This document shows, in pieces, positions 59,424-64,000 of a DNA stretch of 64,000 bases (the first letter of the stretch is position 1; every line of letters starts with the position of its first letter). The position numbers and the translations under genes are program-made. Location: positions 41,983-105,982 of the forward strand of contig JAZUBA010000050.1 of NCBI GenBank assembly GCA_045638265.1, read 5' to 3'. This stretch comes from Alphaproteobacteria bacterium (GTDB taxonomy: Bacteria; Pseudomonadota; Alphaproteobacteria; CAAHEQ01; UBA3637). Under the pieces are notes generated by a model. It had not been told where the DNA came from. It worked only from the letters and a program-made list of their open reading frames with translations, and did no database searches.

Positions 59424-60110
59424 TTATTTTAAATTTTTTTTCAAACGACTTGCATCTTGATTAATACGATGTCTTATTTTTTCTAATGCATCTTTTAAAT
59501 TGTTAGCTGCAACTTTTCGGTCAGCAGATAAATTATTATATCCCCACCACATTGCAACATAATCTTTATTATTTACATTTTCAACATAACGTCCGATAAC
59601 TTCTTTTTTGTTATTTACAATTTGAACTTCAACTTCCAACGTTTCAGCAACCTCTCTTTTAGGGAAACCAATTAGATTAAGTCCACCAAAAGACAGTAAA
59701 GAAGCCAGAGGATAAATAAATGAACCCTCTTCGCCTCTGTATCCTAATCTTAAAACGACAAAGCCTTTTTTAGCACCATATTGTTCCATAATATTTTCAC
59801 GTACTTCTTTGTTGAAAATATTGATAGTATCGTTCACACGAGCATCGTTATATTGTGTACCAGTTGTTTTCGTTGCCTGTACCCAATTAACCATATTTTG
59901 ATTGTGTGAATATGCTGTTCCGTAATTATTAACGCTTCCGATATAAGTTCCGACCGAATAAGTTGATTCTAAATTATGCAAATCAACAATTGTTTCTAAT
60001 GGCGGTAATAAATTTTGATTAGGTTGAATGGTTGGATTTAAATCTTGATACGATAGACTCTGACATCCAGACAATAATAATAAAGCAAATAACCATAATT
60101 TTTTCATCAA
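59424..60110 (-). CDS. Lipoprotein, hypothetical
   Basis: MMKKLWLFALLLLSGCQS lipobox. Confidence 0.5.
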   Translation of the reverse strand: MMKKLWLFALLLLSGCQSLSYQDLNPTIQPNQNLLPPLETIVDLHNLESTYSVGTYIGSVNNYGTAYSHNQNMVNWVQATKTTGTQYNDARVNDTINIFNKEVRENIMEQYGAKKGFVVLRLGYRGEEGSFIYPLASLLSFGGLNLIGFPKREVAETLEVEVQIVNNKKEVIGRYVENVNNKDYVAMWWGYNNLSADRKVAANNLKDALEKIRHRINQDASRLKKNLK

Positions 60111-60202
60111 ACAATCTCCTCAATGTTTTCACAATACATACAAGTGTATTTTACTTCAAAAAAATAAAATTGCAAGAAAAAATAAAACGAGCTGTTACAA
60201 CC

Positions 60203-60943
60203 CTACATCATGTCCCACAAACGAGAACCCTGTGATGTTGAATGAGTTGCATTTAACAAGCGTGCATATTGTTGTGCAGGTGTTAATTCCCCTGTATCTC
60301 CCATTAATAAGGAATTATAAGCTCTGTTTGGCTCCGATAAATTAATGGTCATATTCTCTAATGACACATCGTTTTGTGGCATTATTGGTTGTTGCATTCC
60401 CTGTTGCGAAAAGCCATTTATCTGCTGAGATACAGGTACATCTAAAACAGATGGCATATGATATACATCCGTTCTGTTCGGTGAAATATAACCAACACCG
60501 TTAATCGTGTTATCTGTCGGATAGGATGAAGTAACCTGAAACGGATTAGATGCAAACGTATTGACAGATGTATTATTCAACGGTTGAACGGGTGTCGGAG
60601 TTGCTACTGGAACTGAAACAGGGGTAAATGACGATTGATTCGGACGATATGCAACCATTTGTGTTGGCTGATAAGTTGTTGACTTAATGCCCAAATATGG
60701 TTCATATTGGCGATTAACACTCGGATTATCCAAATATTGATTGAGTATATCATTTTCACGTTTTTTAACACCTACCTGACTGCTCAACATATCATTGGAT
60801 AAAAACCCTTTTTTCAAATCCTGACCGGCTTTAAAACCACTCAATATTGCTTCGGGTAATTTTTCAACCGCAGACATATCCAATGCTTTCGGTGCTTGAT
60901 TGTTAATATTATAAATTTCGTTTGCATAATTGAATTTTGACAT
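60203..60943 (-). CDS. Hypothetical Q/N/P-rich protein (possibly phage-derived)
   Basis: 246-aa ORF near the lysis cassette. Confidence 0.4.
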   Translation of the reverse strand: MSKFNYANEIYNINNQAPKALDMSAVEKLPEAILSGFKAGQDLKKGFLSNDMLSSQVGVKKRENDILNQYLDNPSVNRQYEPYLGIKSTTYQPTQMVAYRPNQSSFTPVSVPVATPTPVQPLNNTSVNTFASNPFQVTSSYPTDNTINGVGYISPNRTDVYHMPSVLDVPVSQQINGFSQQGMQQPIMPQNDVSLENMTINLSEPNRAYNSLLMGDTGELTPAQQYARLLNATHSTSQGSRLWDMM

Positions 60944-60963
60944 TTCTTTTCTCCTTATTTCAT

Positions 60964-61641
60964 TTATATAAAAGCACCCATACCGGCAGCCCCAAGTTGC
61001 AAACCTGATTTTAAGACACTCATAGTATTATTAAAGCTTTGTTGTTTGGCGGCTGCCCGTTGAGCATTAACACCCTGCTGGACAGAATATTGATTTAATC
61101 GGTTTTCATATCCTGTCGGGGTGTTTTGTAATAGTGTATAAATTTGATTGACAGCATTAATCCGTGAATTGTTATTCAATTCTGCCGCACTTATACTGTT
61201 GTTTAAACTTTGTGTAAAGGCATCTTGTCCCGTTGTTACACTGTTATAGGCGGCTTGATTTAATGCATTGTTTTGCTGTTGTGTTAAATCGTTAACAGCT
61301 CGCTGATACGCTTCGGAACCAACACTCAAACCCTGATTTGCCAAACGGGTTTCTAAATCGGCCATTTGGGTTTGATATTGGGGTGTTAATTTATCTAAAT
61401 ATGATTGATACACTGCATTTTCAGCCCGTTGACGTGCTTCATCGGAACCATCAACCGAATAAATAAAATCGGGCATTGAGGATAACGATTGCGACAAACG
61501 ATAGGCTTCCTGTCCCATCAGATGAGAGGCATTATCCGAATACGAAGTATCGTAATTTTTTAAATAGTTTAAGTATGAATCCCCTGCACTTGTGTCCGCT
61601 TTAACATTTGTGCCAAGGACTGAACCAATAGCTTTACTCAT
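60964..61641 (-). CDS. Hypothetical Q/N-rich protein (possibly phage-derived)
   Basis: 225-aa ORF; C-terminal GLQLGAAGMGAFI. Confidence 0.4.
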   Translation of the reverse strand: MSKAIGSVLGTNVKADTSAGDSYLNYLKNYDTSYSDNASHLMGQEAYRLSQSLSSMPDFIYSVDGSDEARQRAENAVYQSYLDKLTPQYQTQMADLETRLANQGLSVGSEAYQRAVNDLTQQQNNALNQAAYNSVTTGQDAFTQSLNNSISAAELNNNSRINAVNQIYTLLQNTPTGYENRLNQYSVQQGVNAQRAAAKQQSFNNTMSVLKSGLQLGAAGMGAFI

Positions 61642-61759
61642 TTTATTTTCCTTTCTGTTAGAGTTATTAAGATAAAAAAAATCAACGGATGTATGTATTT
61701 CATCCGTTGAAGTGTAAAAATTGTTGTATGTTTTTTGAGTGAAGAGATATTGAGGGTAT

Positions 61760-62188
61760 CTAATGTATCACACTGTAAATATAAGCAATACACCCCCTAC
61801 AATCGCAATATTCGTTTCTTTGGCGTTTAGGTTGATGATGTCTTTCATTGCGTATTCTTACCTTTAATCCAAAATATTTAAATAATTCATCTTTTAGAGC
61901 CAACATAAAAATTATAGCGAGTATATGAAATAAAATCCACCACCGAAACAAACGACCGACAAAAGCAAACAATGTTACACCAAACGGATATTTTTGTTTT
62001 AAAGGGGCAAATATATCTTTTCGCCAAAACAGATGCATTGCCGGCAATAATCCATATACACACAAAACAACATTAAAATTTATTACAGATAATAAAAACA
62101 ACTGCGTTATTACTGTAAATATAAGCAGGACCGCCCACACAATGGCAATATTCGTTTCTTGGGCGTTTAGGTTGATAATGTCTTTCAT
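61760..62188 (-). CDS. Small polytopic membrane protein with conserved leader MKDIINLNAQETNIAIVWA
   Basis: 142-aa ORF; 3' end overlaps a second copy of the leader cassette (61806-61860) that encodes a 26-aa peptide MKDIINLNAKETNIAIVGGVLLIFTV in another frame. Confidence 0.5.
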   Translation of the reverse strand: MKDIINLNAQETNIAIVWAVLLIFTVITQLFLLSVINFNVVLCVYGLLPAMHLFWRKDIFAPLKQKYPFGVTLFAFVGRLFRWWILFHILAIIFMLALKDELFKYFGLKVRIRNERHHQPKRQRNEYCDCRGCIAYIYSVIH

Positions 62189-62250
62189 ATTGCATTCTTT
62201 CGTTCTATCATAACCATCTTTCGTTTATTATAGAACAAAAAGAATACAAG
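62110..62250. repeat. Promoter plus 5'-leader cassette repeat (copy 2 of 3; others 61772-61862 and 63882-64000)
   Basis: ccgcccacacaatggcaatattcgtttcttgggcgtttaggttgataatgtctttcat...ataaccatctttcgtttattatagaacaaaaagaata nearly identical to 63882-64000. Confidence 0.75.
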
Positions 62251-62282
62251 TCAAGGATTATTTTTGAAAAGGGGTACTTTTT

Positions 62283-63209
62283 TTATTCTTTTGGTTTAAG
62301 TGATTTTTTAGTCCATAACTCACCGGGTTTGTATACTCCTTTACCTTCTGTACAAGAAGAATCTAAACATTCCGGTGTATCATAATCATCTTCCGGTAAA
62401 ACATCTATTGTTTGAATTGTATAACTACCACTATCCTCATTACGACCATATACGCCTGTTTCACTAACGGCATAGACTAGCCCGTTATCCCAATATTTAT
62501 GTGTTATTTCATATGTAACATCTTCATAAATATATTCAACTTCTGAGTTACACAAACCTGATTCATCACACCACTGTTGTGTCCAACATTGCATTCTGAT
62601 TTTACCGATTTTATTTTCCAACAATTGACAATTTCCAACTATGATTTTGAAATTGTCACCATCATCATATCCAACAATAATTTCTTCCGGTGTTACTTTG
62701 TTTTGACTTGAATTTTGTTTCTGTATTCGATAAAATCGCTTATCTATAAATTCCTGTTGCTCCAAAAATTTTTTAGGATTAAATATTTCCTCGTCTTCTT
62801 GACAAAAAAAGTCTAAACATTCCGGTGTATCATAATTGTCTTCCGGTAAAACTTCTATTATTCTCGTTTTATCATAATTTTATTCTTTAACAACATACAC
62901 CATTTTTTTGTCTGCATACCGAACTTTATGCGTTATTTCAAATATCAAATTAACATCATAAATTTCATTAGGTTGTTGGCATTTCATATGAATTTTACCG
63001 ATATTATTTTCCAATAATTGACATTTATCTATTGTTTCAGAATGAGAATTTCGCGAATAACTAATTATTCCTTTTTCCGGTGTCAATTTTAAATCACCAA
63101 CGGCAGCAAAACTTTTCTGAATCCGATAAAATCGCTTATCTACAAATTCTTCTGCCCTTACCTGAAAACTCATCAATAACAGCGTCATAACTAATATCAC
63201 ATATCGCAT
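62283..63209 (-). pseudogene. Secreted two-repeat-domain protein split by an in-frame TAA (62880-62882)
   Basis: ORFs 62880-63209 (signal peptide plus domain 1) and 62283-62765 (domain 2) are in the same frame with no other stop; repeated motif F[VI]DKRFYRIQK...CQLLEN.IGKI.M.C...EITHK and VLPED.YDTPECLD. Confidence 0.65.
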
Positions 63210-63340
63210 ACTTAACTCCTTATCACTTCTTTGGCGTTTGTATTCTCTCTTACTTAAAAGTTGCTATTTTGTATACATCGCCCCTTAAAAAAAATCAAGA
63301 AAAAAGAAACCTTACCGAATTTCAATTGAAATGGCTCTCT

Positions 63341-63850
63341 TTATCCATATAAAAAATAGATGAATAACACGAGCAAAAAGCCGATAAACACACTCGTCAA
63401 TCTCTCTAATGGTGTTAAGCATTTATATCCGATTAAAACAACAGATGTATTCGTTTCTTTTGCTTTTTTTTGTTTGTAAAATACAATAAACAAACAACAC
63501 AAGAGCAAAGAAATAGAACAAATAACAAATATCGGCTGATAAATTAAATCAATCCATGTTTCAGTCCATACTTTACCGTCATAAAGAGCCGATAAAAAAC
63601 GAGCAAAAAACAAAAAGAATCCCAATAAAAACGTATATTTCATCCACACGCCCAAATAAGACAAGACTAAAACGACAAATGGAAATCGTTTTTTAACAGG
63701 TGCCAACCAATCACAAAACAAGAACAAATGAACAAACACCAGTAATCCGATACTTATTTTTACCCCTAACGCCTCCATATTCGGATGATACAAATAGAAT
63801 GCAGGAATAAACAACCATATCAGAAAATTATTTGTTTGCAACGGTGTCAT
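63341..63850 (-). CDS. Polytopic membrane protein paralogous to 61760-62188
   Basis: Shares APxK..PF.V.L segment; preceded by a leader cassette copy whose reading frame terminates early (MKDIINLNAKETNIAIVWALMFI*). Confidence 0.5.
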   Translation of the reverse strand: MTPLQTNNFLIWLFIPAFYLYHPNMEALGVKISIGLLVFVHLFLFCDWLAPVKKRFPFVVLVLSYLGVWMKYTFLLGFFLFFARFLSALYDGKVWTETWIDLIYQPIFVICSISLLLCCLFIVFYKQKKAKETNTSVVLIGYKCLTPLERLTSVFIGFLLVLFIYFLYG

Positions 63851-63881
63851 AATATATATCCTTTCAGGAATTAAATAAACA

Positions 63882-64000
63882 TCAACGCCCACACAATGGC
63901 AATATTCGTTTCTTTGGCGTTTAGGTTGATAATGTCTTTCATTGCGTATTCTTTCATTCTATAATAACCATCTTTCGTTTATTATAGAACAAAAAGAATA
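63882..64000. repeat. Promoter plus 5'-leader cassette repeat (copy 3)
   Basis: Near-identical to 62132-62250. Confidence 0.75.

Overview
This is an AT-rich window of roughly 30% GC. Gene order points to an alphaproteobacterial chromosome: tsaE–amgK–murU–addB–addA, secB–tim44-like–mltA, rpsF–rpsR–rplI, dksA–maf–rng-like–yacG and a TolC-family outer-membrane protein. A housekeeping core (tsaD, tsaE, AddAB, SecB, MltA, TrxA, three ribosomal proteins, DksA, Maf, YacG, an rfbABCD dTDP-rhamnose cluster with glycosyltransferases) is interleaved with accessory, host-interaction-like material. That material includes two Fic-domain proteins (one with a degenerate catalytic motif), ankyrin-like proteins, a serpin interrupted by an in-frame stop, a DxD glycosyltransferase-like protein and a phage lysis cassette. 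There are seven tRNA genes (Thr, fMet, Phe, Cys, Asn, Val, His) and no rRNA or CRISPR array. The most striking feature is a family of four paralogous genes at 31658-33469, 41998-43188, 52153-53352 and 56719-58350. Each encodes a conserved TadE/prepilin-like N-terminus (G|RSMxEMLGVLAV) fused to variable cysteine-rich, eukaryote-like domains (C-type-lectin-like W-W-x-A-x-NFC motif, eight EGF-like repeats, a Thr-rich tandem repeat). Each is preceded at about 35-60 bp by a roughly 140-bp element bounded by about 18-bp inverted repeats. The internal segment of that element is found in opposite orientations at different loci while the flanking leader stays in one orientation, which is the signature of a site-specific DNA-inversion (phase-variation) switch. 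Other notable features are a roughly 180-bp repeat immediately 3' of both tRNA-Thr and tRNA-Asn (island boundary or att-arm-like), a tRNA-fMet 3'-half duplication with an 89-bp insertion, and a plasmid-like module (serine recombinase, orphan HTH fragment, iterons, winged-HTH (wHTH) coiled-coil protein) inside the tRNA-Thr-associated island. A triplicated promoter plus 5'-leader cassette (MKDIINLNAKETNIAIV) heads paralogous small membrane proteins at the window end. All coordinates and calls come from reading the sequence by eye. No database searches were run.
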